Positions 16,104 to 26,619 of a stretch of 38,555 nucleotides of DNA are shown piece after piece. The notes under the pieces are model-generated. The model was not told the DNA's origin. It saw only the letters and a list, made by a program, of their open reading frames with translations, and made no database searches. The stretch lies in the IMG/VR virus record IMGVR_UViG_2537562091_000004, one strand, 5' to 3'. This DNA comes from a virus (lineage: Duplodnaviria; Heunggongvirae; Uroviricota; Caudoviricetes). The translations under genes and the position numbers were made by a program. Numbering within the stretch: position 1 is the stretch's first letter; each line of letters starts with the position of its first letter.

Positions 16104-17692
16104 AACGAACGCCTGTCCTGATTGATGTGAACGGCGTTCCGCTTCGTGAGAGTCTCAGCTACAACGGGGGCGGCGCAGGATTTGGCGGGCAAATGGCGGA
16201 GTGGTTGCCACCGGCGCAGAGTGCCGATGCAGCCCTGCTGCCTGCGTTGCGTCTGGGGAATGCCCGGGCAGATGATCTGGTGCGCAATAACGGGATAGCG
16301 GCTAATGCGGTGGCCCTGCATAAGGATCATATTGTCGGGCATATGTTTCTGATCAGCTACCGTCCGAACTGGCGCTGGCTGGGGATGCGGGAGACTGCGG
16401 CATAAAGTTTTGTCGATGAGGTGGAGGCGGCCTGGTCGGAATACGCCGAAGGGATGTTTGGCGAGATCGACGTGGAAGGGAAACGCACGTTTACGGAATT
16501 TATCCGTGAAGGTGTGGGCGTTCATGCGTTTAACGGCGAAATCTTTGTGCAGCCGGTCTGGGATACGGAGAGCACGCAACTGTTTCGTACGCGTTTTAAA
16601 GCCGTGAGTCCGAAACGGGTGGACACGCCAGGACACGGTATCGGGAACCGTTTTCTGCGGGCCGGTGTGGAGGTCGATCGATATGGCCGTGCCGTTGCGT
16701 ACCATATCTGTGAGGATGATTTTCCGTTCTCTGGGAGTGGACGATGGGAACGGATCCCGCGTGAACTTCCCACCGGGCGTCCGGCCATGCTGCATATTTT
16801 CGAGCCGGTGGAGGACGGGCAGACCCGTGGGGCCAATCAGTTTTACAGCGTAATGGAACGGCTGAAGATGCTCGATTCCCTGCAGGCAACACAGCTTCAG
16901 TCGGCCATAGTGAAGGCGATGTATGCAGCGACGATTGAAAGTGACCTTGATACCGAAAAGGCCTTTGAATATATCGCCGGTGCGCCGCAGGGGCAGAAGG
17001 ATAATCCGCTTATTAATATTCTGGATAAGTTCTCCACCTGGTATGACACGAATAGCGTGACGCTGGGCGGTGTCAAAATTCCGCACCTTTTCCCCGGTGA
17101 TGATCTGAAACTTCAGACCGCGCAGGATTCAGACAATGGATTTTCGGCGCTTGAACAGGCGCTGCTGCGGTATATCGCCGCCGGTCTTGGCGTTTCCTAC
17201 GAACAGTTGTCCCGTGATTACTCGAAGGTCAGTTATTCAAGTGCCCGCGCATCCGCCAATGAGTCGTGGCGCTATTTTATGGGGCGGCGAAAATTTATTG
17301 CGTCCCGGCTGGCCACGCAGATGTTTTCCTGCTGGCTGGAAGAGGCACTTCTTCGGGGGATTATTCGTCCGCCACGGGCACGTTTTGATTTTTATCAGGC
17401 GCGATCAGCCTGGTCACGGGCTGAGTGGATTGGAGCCGGAAGAATGGCCATTGACGGGCTCAAGGAGGTTCAGGAATCAGTGATGCGCATTGAGGCCGGA
17501 CTGAGCACGTATGAGAAAGAGCTGGCGCTGATGGGCGAGGATTATCAGGACATTTTCCGCCAGCAGGTCAGGGAATCTGCAGAGCGGGAAAAAGCCGGAC
17601 TCTCACGTCCGGTGTGGATAGCGCAGGCGTATCAGCAGCAGATAGCGGAGAGTCGCAGGCCGGAAGAGGAGACAACACCACGTGAGACGTAA
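16100..17692 (+). pseudogene. B: Portal protein gpB interrupted by an in-frame TAA (16403-16405)
   Basis: ORFs 16100..16405 and 16421..17692 are in the same frame, and lambda-B-like sequence runs straight through the stop (…RETAA*SFVDEVEAAWSEYAEG…). Confidence 0.75.
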
Positions 17693-19187
17693 TCTTTCAC
17701 ACATTATTGCAGCAGCATTCAATGAACCGCTGCTTCTGGAGCCCGCCTATGCGCGGGTTTTCTTTTGCGCGCTGGGGCGCGAGATGGGGGCAGCAAGTCT
17801 TTCGGTACCGCAACAGCAGGTACAGCTTGATGCTCCCGGAATGCTGGCTGAAACGGACGAGTACATGGCCGGAGGTAAACGACCGGCCCGTGTTTACCGG
17901 GTGGTGAACGGTATTGCGGTACTGCCGGTGACCGGCACGCTGGTGCACCGGCTGGGGGGGATGCGGCCATTTTCCGGAATGACTGGCTATGACGGCATTG
18001 TCGCCTGTCTTCAGCAGGCAATGGCAGATAGCCAGGTGCGGGGCATACTGCTGGACATTGACAGTCCGGGCGGGCAGGCCGCCGGCGCGTTTGACTGCGC
18101 TGACATGATTTACCGCCTCCGTCAGCAGAAGCCGGTCTGGGCACTGTGCAATGACACGGCCTGTTCTGCAGCCATGCTGCTGGCGTCGGCCTGCTCCCGA
18201 CGGCTGGTTACCCAGACATCCCGTATCGGCTCCATTGGCGTGATGATGAGCCATGTCAGCTATGCCGGTCATCTGGCGCAGGCCGGTGTGGATATCACGC
18301 TGATTTATGCCGGGGCGCACAAGGTGGATGGCAATCAGTTTGAAGCGTTGCCGGCAGAGGTTCGCCAGGATATGCAGCAGCGGATTGATGCGGCGCACCG
18401 GATGTTTGCCGAAAAAGTGGCGATGTATACCGGGTTGTCTGTGGATGCGGTCACGGGAACAGAGGCCGCCGTTTTTGAAGGTCAGTCCGGCATTGAGGCC
18501 GGGCTGGCGGATGAATTAATCAATGCGTCGGATGCCATCAGTGTGATGGCCACGGCGCTGAACAGTAATGTCAGAGGAGGCACTATGCCGCAATTAACTG
18601 CAACGGAAGCCGCCGTGCAGGAGAACCAGCGAGTGATGGGGATCCTGACATGCCAGGAAGCGAAAGGACGTGAACAGCTTGCCACGATGCTGGCAGGGCA
18701 ACAGGGCATGAGCGTTGAACAGGCCCGGGCGATTCTGGCCGCGGCGGCACCGCAGCAGCCGGTGGCATCCGCGCAGAGTGAAGCCGATCGCATTATGGCG
18801 TGTGAAGAAGCGAACGGTCGTGAACAACTGGCGGCAACGCTGGCGGCGATGCCGGAGATGACGGTGGAAAAAGCCCGCCCGATCCTGGCGGCTGCACCAC
18901 TGGCGGATGCCGGGCCCTCACTTCGTGATCAGATCATGGCCCTGGATGAGGCAAAAGGGGCAGAAGCGCAGGCTGAAAAACTGGCGGCCTGCCCGGGAAT
19001 GACCGTGGAGAGCGCCCGGGCTGTGCTGGCTGCGGGATCAGGTAAGGCAGAACCGGTCTCTGCATCCACAACCGCCCTGTTTGAACATTTCATGGCGAAC
19101 CATTCACCGGCTGCGGTCCAGGGAGGCGTGTCACAGGCGTCAGAAGACGGTGATGCGGACGTGAAAATGCTCATGGCCATGCCATGA
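17682..19187 (+). CDS. C: Head maturation protease / scaffold (gpC with in-frame Nu3-like C-terminal region)
   Basis: 501 aa; N-terminal two-thirds resemble lambda gpC; C-terminal part has three diverged ~36 aa tandem repeats. Confidence 0.85.
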   Translation: MRRNLSHIIAAAFNEPLLLEPAYARVFFCALGREMGAASLSVPQQQVQLDAPGMLAETDEYMAGGKRPARVYRVVNGIAVLPVTGTLVHRLGGMRPFSGMTGYDGIVACLQQAMADSQVRGILLDIDSPGGQAAGAFDCADMIYRLRQQKPVWALCNDTACSAAMLLASACSRRLVTQTSRIGSIGVMMSHVSYAGHLAQAGVDITLIYAGAHKVDGNQFEALPAEVRQDMQQRIDAAHRMFAEKVAMYTGLSVDAVTGTEAAVFEGQSGIEAGLADELINASDAISVMATALNSNVRGGTMPQLTATEAAVQENQRVMGILTCQEAKGREQLATMLAGQQGMSVEQARAILAAAAPQQPVASAQSEADRIMACEEANGREQLAATLAAMPEMTVEKARPILAAAPLADAGPSLRDQIMALDEAKGAEAQAEKLAACPGMTVESARAVLAAGSGKAEPVSASTTALFEHFMANHSPAAVQGGVSQASEDGDADVKMLMAMP

Positions 19188-19223
19188 AGTCAGTGCTGAA
19201 CATCAATACGAGGTTTTAACAAT

Positions 19224-19571
19224 ATGGTGACGAAAACCATCACTGAACAGCGTGCGGAAGTACGTATTTTTGCCGGTAATGATCCGGCTCACACCGCCAC
19301 AGGCAGCAGCGGGATTTCCTCGGCAACACCGGCACTGACACCCCTGATGCTGGATGGGGCCACCGGGAAACTGGTGGTCTGGGACGGACAGAAAGCCGGT
19401 AGTGCGGTTGGCATACTGGTACTGCCGCTTGAAGGCACAGAGGCGGTGCTGACCTATTACAAGTCGGGGACCTTTGCGACGGAGGCAATCCGCTGGCCTG
19501 ACAGTGTGGATGAACACAAAAAGGCCAACGCCTTTACCGGCAGTGCCCTGAGTCACGCGGCGCTGCCGTAA
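19224..19571 (+). CDS. D: Head decoration protein gpD
   Basis: 115 aa, NDPAHTATGSSG...TPLMLDGATGKLVVWDG...YYKSGTF resembles lambda D. Confidence 0.9.
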   Translation: MVTKTITEQRAEVRIFAGNDPAHTATGSSGISSATPALTPLMLDGATGKLVVWDGQKAGSAVGILVLPLEGTEAVLTYYKSGTFATEAIRWPDSVDEHKKANAFTGSALSHAALP

Positions 19572-19628
19572 CACGTTATCAGGCCACCGCGTTGGCCTGA
19601 CTGATTTCTTAATGAAAGGAACTGATTT

Positions 19629-20657
19629 ATGGGATTGTTTACGACCCGCCAGTTACTCGGTTATACCGAACAAAAAGTTAAATTCCGTGCGCTGTTTCTG
19701 GAGCTGTTTTTCCGCCGTACGGTGAATTTCCACACCGAAGAGGTGATGCTGGACAAAATTACCGGAAAAACGCCGGTGGCGGCCTATGTCTCCCCGATCG
19801 TTGAAGGAAAAGTGCTTCGCCATCGCGGTGGTGAAACCCGCGTGTTACGTCCGGGCTACGTCAAGCCCAAACACGAATTTAATTACCAGCAGGCGGTTGA
19901 GCGCCTTCCTGGTGAAGATCCGGCTCAGCTGAACGACCCGGCCTACCGTCGTCTGCGTATCATTACCGATAACCTCAAACAGGAAGAGCACGCCATTGTC
20001 CAGGTGGAAGAAATGCAGGCGGTGAATGCCGTGCTGTATGGCAAATACACCATGGAAGGGGAACAGTTTGACACGGTCGAGGTGGATTTCGGACGCTCTG
20101 AAGGAAATAACATTGAGCAGGCCGACGGTAAAAAATGGTCTGAGCAGGACCGTGATACGTTTGATCCGACGCATGATATTGACCTTTACTGCGATCAGGC
20201 CAGCGGTCTTGTGAATATTGCCATTATGGACGGTACGGTCTGGCGTCTGCTGAATGGCTTTAAGCTGTTCCGCGAAAAACTGGATACCCGTCGCGGCTCA
20301 AATTCACAACTCGAAACGGCAGTGAAAGACCTGGGAGCGGTGGTGTCTTTCAAGGGGTATTACGGCGATCTGGCCATTGTGGTGGCGAAAACGTCTTATG
20401 TGGCAGACGACGGTACCGAAAAACGTTATCTGCCGGTGGGCACACTGGTCCTGGGGAATACGGCAGCAGAGGGCATTCGTTGCTATGGTGCCATTCAGGA
20501 TGCGCAGGCGTTGTCCGAAGGTGTGGTGGCCTCTTCCCGTTATCCGAAACACTGGCTGACTGTGGGCGATCCGGCCCGTGAATTCACCATGACGCAGTCC
20601 GCACCGCTGATGGTGCTGCCGGATCCGGATGAGTTTGTGGTGGTGCAGGTGAAATAA
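19629..20657 (+). CDS. E: Major capsid protein gpE
   Basis: 342 aa, colinear with lambda E (YVSPIVEGKVLRHRGGETRVLRPGYVKPKHE...TGDPAREFTMTQSAPLMVLPDPDEF). Confidence 0.9.
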   Translation: MGLFTTRQLLGYTEQKVKFRALFLELFFRRTVNFHTEEVMLDKITGKTPVAAYVSPIVEGKVLRHRGGETRVLRPGYVKPKHEFNYQQAVERLPGEDPAQLNDPAYRRLRIITDNLKQEEHAIVQVEEMQAVNAVLYGKYTMEGEQFDTVEVDFGRSEGNNIEQADGKKWSEQDRDTFDPTHDIDLYCDQASGLVNIAIMDGTVWRLLNGFKLFREKLDTRRGSNSQLETAVKDLGAVVSFKGYYGDLAIVVAKTSYVADDGTEKRYLPVGTLVLGNTAAEGIRCYGAIQDAQALSEGVVASSRYPKHWLTVGDPAREFTMTQSAPLMVLPDPDEFVVVQVK

Positions 20658-20708
20658 TCCGTGAGCGGGGGCGAAATGCCCCCGTGTCTTTTTTCACAGG
20701 AGGCTGAG

Positions 20709-21092
20709 ATGGCAACAAAAGAAGAAAATCTGAATCGTCTTCGTCAACTGGCTGGCCTGCTGGGGCGCGAGGCGGATATGTCGGGGAGTGCTGCGGATAT
20801 TGCGCAACGTGTGTCTGAGTGGGAAGAGGAGCTTGCTGTTTCCCCGGAGGGCATTATGCACTCTGATGAGAGCGGGGCTGATCAAAATCACACAGACGAT
20901 GGTGAGCAGTTGAACAACACGGATGCTCCGGATGATGTTAAAGCCGTCCGGGTACGGAAGTGCCTGCAAGTAATGGGGTATTGCCCGGAGACAGGTCGTC
21001 CCGTTGAGCTGGCGTTACGGGGTATGCGTGTTCTGGTGCCATCATCACTGGCAACGGCCATGATACAGCACGGAACGGCTGAATATGCGTGA
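20709..21092 (+). CDS. FI: DNA packaging / head assembly protein gpFI
   Basis: About 127 aa from the ATG at 20709 (MATKEENLNRLRQLAG...), acidic middle region as in lambda FI; track start at 20661 is an extension. Confidence 0.75.
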   Translation: MATKEENLNRLRQLAGLLGREADMSGSAADIAQRVSEWEEELAVSPEGIMHSDESGADQNHTDDGEQLNNTDAPDDVKAVRVRKCLQVMGYCPETGRPVELALRGMRVLVPSSLATAMIQHGTAEYA

Positions 21093-21438
21093 TTTTCAGA
21101 ATGCCTTTGATGCTGCCCTCGCCGGGGTAGACAGTACGATCGTTGAAGTGATGGGACTCTGTGCGCAGTTCACCTCGGGGGCACAGTGTGGCAGCGAAGT
21201 TCAGGGGGTTTTTGACGATCCGGAGTCGCTGGGGTTTGCCGGTGGCGGGGTCCGTATTGAAGGAAGCTGCCCGTCATTATTTGTGCGGACGGATACGGTT
21301 CGTGCCGTGCGGCGTGGTGACACGCTGACCATTAATGGTGAGACATTCTGGGTGGATCGTGTTTCTCCGGATGACGGGGGCAGCTGTTATCTCTGGCTCA
21401 ACCGTGGGCAACCACCCGCAGTTAACCGGCGACGATAA
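21085..21438 (+). CDS. FII: Head completion protein gpFII
   Basis: 117 aa, FVRTDTVRAVRRGDTLTINGETFWVDRVSPDDGGSCYLWL...PPAVNRRR resembles lambda FII. Confidence 0.85.
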   Translation: MRDFQNAFDAALAGVDSTIVEVMGLCAQFTSGAQCGSEVQGVFDDPESLGFAGGGVRIEGSCPSLFVRTDTVRAVRRGDTLTINGETFWVDRVSPDDGGSCYLWLNRGQPPAVNRRR

Positions 21439-21452
21439 ACGCAGGGTGAATT

Positions 21453-22028
21453 ATGGCGATAAAAGGGCTTGATCAGGCGATTGACAATCTGAGCCGGGTT
21501 CGTAAAAACGCCATTCCGGCTGCTTCTGCAATGACCATTAACCGCGTGGCCATAACGGCGATTAATCAGTCTTCGTCACAGGTTGCCCGGGAAACCAGGG
21601 TGAGACGGAAACTGGTAAAGGAACGGTCCAGACTGAAACGGGCGACGGTCAGAAATCCGAATGCCAGAATTATCGTTAACCGCGGTGATCTCCCTGTGAT
21701 TAAGCTGGGGATCAGAATGCTGGGGCGTCGTCCGGACAGCATACTCAAAGCCGGTCAGCATCGTTATCAGCGGGCATTTATCCAGCGATTAAATAATGGG
21801 CGCTGGCATGTTATGCAACGTCTTCCCCAGGCCAGATATGAGGAGGGCAATGACGACAAGGGAAGGAAAAAGCGTAATCGCCTTCCCATTCAGGTGGTGA
21901 AAATCCCGATGGCGGCCCCACTGAAACAGGCATTTGATGAGAATGTTGACCGTATCCGGCGTGAACGCCTGCCTAAAGAACTGGCATACGCGCTGAAACA
22001 ACAACTGAGGATTGCGATAAAACGATGA
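21453..22028 (+). CDS. Z: Minor tail protein gpZ
   Basis: 191 aa, MAIKGLDQAIDNLSR...QVARETRVRRKLVKERSRLKRATV resembles lambda Z. Confidence 0.85.
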   Translation: MAIKGLDQAIDNLSRVRKNAIPAASAMTINRVAITAINQSSSQVARETRVRRKLVKERSRLKRATVRNPNARIIVNRGDLPVIKLGIRMLGRRPDSILKAGQHRYQRAFIQRLNNGRWHVMQRLPQARYEEGNDDKGRKKRNRLPIQVVKIPMAAPLKQAFDENVDRIRRERLPKELAYALKQQLRIAIKR

Positions 22029-22420
22029 AACACACTGACATTCGTGCCGCAGTGCTGGATGCACTCGAGCAGCATGAACACGGGGCGACGCTGTTTGATG
22101 GTCGCCCCGTTGTTTTTGACGAAGAGGATTTTCCTGCGATCGCGGTTTATCTGACGGATGCAGAGTATACCGGTGAAGAGCTGGATGCAGATACCTGGCG
22201 GGCCACGCTGCATATTGAGGTGTTTTTACCGGCACAGGTACCGGATTCAGAGCTTGATCAGTGGATGGAAAGCCGGATTTACCCGGCGATGACCGCGATC
22301 CCGGCACTGGCAGGACTGATTACCACGATGGTTACGCAGGGCTATGAGTATCGTCGTGATGACGATATGGCGTTATGGAGTTCTGCAGATCTGACTTATT
22401 CCATTACATACGAGATGTGA
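22025..22420 (+). CDS. U: Tail terminator protein gpU
   Basis: 131 aa, [28 protein letters not shown]...[13 protein letters not shown] resembles lambda U. Confidence 0.9.
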   Translation: MKHTDIRAAVLDALEQHEHGATLFDGRPVVFDEEDFPAIAVYLTDAEYTGEELDADTWRATLHIEVFLPAQVPDSELDQWMESRIYPAMTAIPALAGLITTMVTQGYEYRRDDDMALWSSADLTYSITYEM

Positions 22421-22427
22421 GGACGAT

Positions 22428-23180
22428 ATGGCAACACCAAATCCCCTTGAGCCGGTAAAAGGTGCCGGTACCACTCTGTGGGTTTACAACGGCAAGGGTG
22501 ATGCTTATGCAAACCCGTTGTCAGACGATGACTGGCAGCGACTGGCTAAGGTGAAGGATCTGACGCCGGGCGAGATGACGGCAGAATCCTACGATGATAA
22601 CTACCTGGATGATGAAGACGCGGACTGGACCGCGACCGGGCAGGGGCAGAAATCTGCAGGTGATACCAGTTTTACGCTGGCCTGGAAACCGGGAGAGGAA
22701 GGCCAGAAAGGGCTTATAGGCTGGTTTGAAAGCGGCGATGTCCGGGCCTATAAAATCCGTTTTCCGAATGGCACGGTGGATGTGTTTCGTGGCTGGGTCA
22801 GCAGTATCGGTAAGGCCGTGACGGCGAAAGAAGTGATCACCCGCACGGTGAAAGTCACTAACGTGGGTAAACCTTCTGTAGCGGAAGAACGCAGCAAAAT
22901 TACGCCGGTCAGTGCGATTAAGGTGACGCCGACATCCGGTACGGTGGCAAAAGGGAAAACAACCACCCTGACGGTTTCTTTTGAGCCGGAAAGTGCAACC
23001 GACAAGACGTTCAGAGCGGTTTCCGCCGATCCGTCGAAAGCCACCATTAGTGTGAAAGATATGACAATTACGGTAAACGGCGTGGCGACAGGTAAGGTGC
23101 AGATCCCTGTGGTGAGCGGAAATGGTCAGTTCGCCGCAGTGGCTGAAGTCACCGTTACTGAAGCGGGCGCTGCAGGGTAA
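22428..23180 (+). CDS. V: Major tail tube protein gpV with C-terminal Ig-like domain
   Basis: 250 aa, [24 protein letters not shown]...[27 protein letters not shown] resembles lambda V. Confidence 0.9.
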   Translation: MATPNPLEPVKGAGTTLWVYNGKGDAYANPLSDDDWQRLAKVKDLTPGEMTAESYDDNYLDDEDADWTATGQGQKSAGDTSFTLAWKPGEEGQKGLIGWFESGDVRAYKIRFPNGTVDVFRGWVSSIGKAVTAKEVITRTVKVTNVGKPSVAEERSKITPVSAIKVTPTSGTVAKGKTTTLTVSFEPESATDKTFRAVSADPSKATISVKDMTITVNGVATGKVQIPVVSGNGQFAAVAEVTVTEAGAAG

Positions 23181-23193
23181 ACGGAGGTAATAC

Positions 23194-23625
23194 ATGTTTC
23201 TGAAAACAGAACAATTTGAATATAACGGTGTGTCTGTCACGCTTTCCGAATTGTCTGCGCTGCAGCGTATCGAGCATCTTGCCCTCCTGAAACGGCGTGC
23301 AGAACAGGCAGAATCCTGCGGCAACCTGCAGGTAAGCGTGGAAGATCTCGTCAGAACCGGCGCGTTTCTGGTGGCGATGTCCCTGTGGCATAACCATCCA
23401 CAGAAAACGCAGTCACCGTCAATGAATGAGGCCGTGATGAAGATAGAGCAGGAAGTGCTCACCACCTGGCCTGCCGATGCCATTGCCCGGGCGGAAGACG
23501 TGGTGTTGTGCCTGTCCGGGATGATCGAAGCTGTTCGTCCGGATACTGATATTACTGAAGTGGCGAAAAATAACACGCTGACTGATGATGATTTTTCTGC
23601 GGGAAAGTCTTCGACGGCGAGCTGA
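23194..23625 (+). CDS. G: Tail assembly chaperone gpG
   Basis: 143 aa, MFLKTEQFEYNGVSVTLSELSALQRIEHLALLKRRAEQAES resembles lambda G. Confidence 0.85.
   Translation: MFLKTEQFEYNGVSVTLSELSALQRIEHLALLKRRAEQAESCGNLQVSVEDLVRTGAFLVAMSLWHNHPQKTQSPSMNEAVMKIEQEVLTTWPADAIARAEDVVLCLSGMIEAVRPDTDITEVAKNNTLTDDDFSAGKSSTAS
23601..23607 (+). promoter_or_regulatory. Programmed -1 ribosomal frameshift slippery heptamer G GGA AAG (G to G-T fusion)
   Basis: gcG GGA AAG in the G frame near its 3' end; the -1 frame continues open into the T reading frame. Confidence 0.75.
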
Positions 23626-24065
23626 ACTTTGCCCTCAGACTGGCGCGTGAGATGGGGAGACCCGACTGGCGCGCCATGCTTGCCGGGATGACATCCACCG
23701 AATATGCCGATTGGCACCGTTTTTACCGCACGCATTATTTTCAGGATACCCAGCTGGATATGCATTTTTCCGGGCTGACGTACGCTGTACTCAGCCTGTT
23801 TTTTTGCGATCCGGATATGCATCCCTCTGATTTCAGTCTGCTTGTCCCCCGGCATGAGGAAGAGCAGGTGGAGAGGCCGGATGAGGACAAAATGCTGATG
23901 CAGAAAGCGGCAGGACTTGCCGGAGGCGTCCGGTTCGGTGGGGACGGAGGGCGCGATATTTTATCGTCTGCGGATGTGGCGGATGTCATGGTGGATGATG
24001 CCGCATTAATGATGGCTTCAGCGGGGATTCCGGGAGGTGTGAGATATGTCCCAGCCGGTTGGTGA
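23601..24065 (+). CDS. T: gpT portion of the tail assembly chaperone, expressed as a G-T fusion by -1 frameshifting
   Basis: -1 frame ORF from the slippery site through 24065 (…MGRPDWRAMLAGMTSTEYADWHRFYRTHYFQD…), resembling lambda T. Confidence 0.75.
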   Translation, partial: GKVFDGELNFALRLAREMGRPDWRAMLAGMTSTEYADWHRFYRTHYFQDTQLDMHFSGLTYAVLSLFFCDPDMHPSDFSLLVPRHEEEQVERPDEDKMLMQKAAGLAGGVRFGGDGGRDILSSADVADVMVDDAALMMASAGIPGGVRYVPAGW

Positions 24066-26619
24066 TCTTGTTATTGACCTGAGTCTGGATACTATCCGTT
24101 TCGATGAGCAGATGAGCCGGGTAAGGCGTCATTTTTCAGGTCTGGATACCGACGCCAGAAAAACCGCCAGTGCTGTTGAACAGGGCCTGAGCCGCCAGGC
24201 GCTGGCTGCACAAAAAGCCGGGATTTCCGTCGGGCAGTATAAAGCGGCCATGCGAACCCTGCCCGCACAGTTTACGGATATCGCCACGCAGCTTGCAGGT
24301 GGTCAGAATCCCTGGCTGATCCTGCTGCAACAGGGCGGTCAGGTGAAGGACTCCTTCGGCGGGATGATCCCCATGTTCAGGGGGCTTGCCGGTGCGATCA
24401 CCCTGCCGATGGTCGGGGTCACCTCGCTGGCGGTGGCGACAGGTGCGCTGGTGTACGCCTGGTACCAGGGAGATTCCACGCTTTCAGCGTTTAATAAAAC
24501 CCTGGTTCTTTCCGGTAATCAGTCCGGACTGACTGCCGATCGTATGCTGACTCTCTCAAGAGCCGGGCAGGCAGCAGGGCTGACGTTTAACCAGGCGAGA
24601 GAGTCACTGGCAGCCCTGGTGAATGCCGGTGTGCGTGGTGGTGAACAGTTTGATGCCATCAACCAGAGTGTCGCGCGTTTTGCGTCTGCATCCGGTGTGG
24701 AGGTGGATAAAGTCGCTGAAGCCTTCGGGAAGCTGACCACTGACCCGACGTCGGGACTGATGGCGATGGCGCGCCAGTTCCGTAACGTGACGGCAGAGCA
24801 GATTGCGTATGTTGCACAGCTGCAGCGTTCCGGAGACGAGGCCGGGGCATTGCAGGCGGCGAACGATATCGCCACGAAAGGCTTTGATGAGCAGACCCGT
24901 CGCCTGAAAGAAAACATGGGAACACTGGAGACCTGGGCGGATAAAACAGGGAAGGCATTCAAATCGATGTGGGATGCCATTCTGGATATCGGTCGTCCGG
25001 AATCCTCAGCGGATATGCTCGCCAGTGCGCAGAAGGCATTTGATGAGGCGGATAAAAAATGGCAGTGGTACCAGAGCCGGAGCCAGCGCCGCGGTAAAAC
25101 CTCCTCTTTCCGGGCCAACCTTCAGGGCGCATGGGATGACCGGGAAAATGCCCGTCTGGGTCTGGCAGCGGCAACGCTGCAGTCGGATATGGAAAAAGCC
25201 GGTGAACTGGCGGCAAGGGACAGGGCTGAGCGTGAGTCGTCACAGCTGAAGTATACCGGAGAGGCGCAGAAGGCGTATGAGCGCCTGCTGACGCCACTGG
25301 AGAAATATACCGCCCGGCAGGAAGAGCTGAATAAGGCCCTGAAAGACGGGAAAATCCTGCAGGCGGATTACAACACGCTGATGGCGTCGGCAAAAAAGGA
25401 TTATGAGTCGACGCAGAAAAAGCCGTCCGGTGTGAAGGTGTCTGCCGGTGAGCGCCAGGAAGACCAGGCGCATGCAGCCCTGCTGGCGCTTGAAACCGAG
25501 CTCAGGACGCTGGAAAAACACAGCGGTGTGAATGAGAAAATCAGCCAGCAGCGCCGGGATTTATGGGAAGCGGAAAATCAGTATGTGGTCCTGAAAGAGG
25601 CCGCCACGAAACGGCAGTTATCTGAGCAGGAAAAATCCCTGCTGGCCCATGAGAAAGAGACGCTGGAGTACAAACGCCAGCTGGCTGAGCTGGGCGACAA
25701 GATTGAACACCAGAAACGGCTGAATGAGCTGGCACAGCAGGCGGCGCGGTTTGAACAGCAGCAGAGCGCGAAGCAGGCGGCAATCAGCGCAAAAGCCCGC
25801 GGACTCACCGACCGTCAGGCGCAGCGGGAGTCGGAAGAGCAGCGCCTTCGTGAGGTGTACGGTGATAATCCGGCTGCGCTGGCGAAGGCCACATCTGCAC
25901 TGAAGAACACCTGGTCTGCGGAGGAGCAGCTTCGTGGAAGCTGGATGGCCGGGATGAAGTCCGGCTGGGGCGAGTGGGCGGAAAGTGCGACGGACAGTTT
26001 TTCGCAGGTTAAAAACGCGGCCACGCAGACCTTTGACGGTATTGCACAGAATATGGCAGCGATGCTGACCGGCAGCGAACAGAACTGGCGTGGTTTCACC
26101 CGTTCTGTGCTGTCCATGCTGACAGAGATTTTTCTGAAGCAGGCGATGGTGGGGATAGTCGGGAGTATCGGCAGCGCCATTGGCGGGGCTGTTGGTGGCG
26201 GCGCATCCGCGTCAGGCGGTACAGCCATTCAGGCTGCGGCGGCGAACTTCCATTTCGCGACCGGGGGATTTACGGGGACGGGGGGTAAATATGAACCTGC
26301 GGGGATTGTTCATCGCGGGGAGTTTGTCTTCACGAAGGAGGCGACCAGCCGGATTGGTGTCGGCAATCTGTACCGCCTGATGCGGGGCTATGCGGAAGGT
26401 GGTTATGTCGGCGGTGCCGGAAGTCCGGCGCAGATGCGGCGGGCGGAAGGCATTAATTTTAATCAGAACAATCACGTGGTGATTCAGAACGACGGCCCCA
26501 ACGGGCGGGCAGGGCCGCAGCTGATGAAAGCGGTGTATGAGATGGCCCGCAAGGGGGCACAGGATGAACTCCGGCTGCAGTTGCGTGATGGCGGTATGTT
26601 ATCAGGGAGCGGTGGATGA
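24046..26619 (+). CDS. H: Tail tape measure protein gpH
   Basis: 857 aa, coiled-coil-rich, between G-T and M; length and synteny as for lambda H. Confidence 0.9.
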   Translation: MSQPVGDLVIDLSLDTIRFDEQMSRVRRHFSGLDTDARKTASAVEQGLSRQALAAQKAGISVGQYKAAMRTLPAQFTDIATQLAGGQNPWLILLQQGGQVKDSFGGMIPMFRGLAGAITLPMVGVTSLAVATGALVYAWYQGDSTLSAFNKTLVLSGNQSGLTADRMLTLSRAGQAAGLTFNQARESLAALVNAGVRGGEQFDAINQSVARFASASGVEVDKVAEAFGKLTTDPTSGLMAMARQFRNVTAEQIAYVAQLQRSGDEAGALQAANDIATKGFDEQTRRLKENMGTLETWADKTGKAFKSMWDAILDIGRPESSADMLASAQKAFDEADKKWQWYQSRSQRRGKTSSFRANLQGAWDDRENARLGLAAATLQSDMEKAGELAARDRAERESSQLKYTGEAQKAYERLLTPLEKYTARQEELNKALKDGKILQADYNTLMASAKKDYESTQKKPSGVKVSAGERQEDQAHAALLALETELRTLEKHSGVNEKISQQRRDLWEAENQYVVLKEAATKRQLSEQEKSLLAHEKETLEYKRQLAELGDKIEHQKRLNELAQQAARFEQQQSAKQAAISAKARGLTDRQAQRESEEQRLREVYGDNPAALAKATSALKNTWSAEEQLRGSWMAGMKSGWGEWAESATDSFSQVKNAATQTFDGIAQNMAAMLTGSEQNWRGFTRSVLSMLTEIFLKQAMVGIVGSIGSAIGGAVGGGASASGGTAIQAAAANFHFATGGFTGTGGKYEPAGIVHRGEFVFTKEATSRIGVGNLYRLMRGYAEGGYVGGAGSPAQMRRAEGINFNQNNHVVIQNDGPNGRAGPQLMKAVYEMARKGAQDELRLQLRDGGMLSGSGG

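Noticed and set aside
15929-17086. 385 aa minus-strand ORF
   Set aside because: Lies entirely antisense to the conserved portal gene; a typical GC-rich antisense artefact with no start context.
22521-23855. 444 aa minus-strand ORF
   Set aside because: Antisense to the gpV, gpG and gpT genes, which have clear lambda homology on the + strand; Arg/Cys-rich low-complexity translation.
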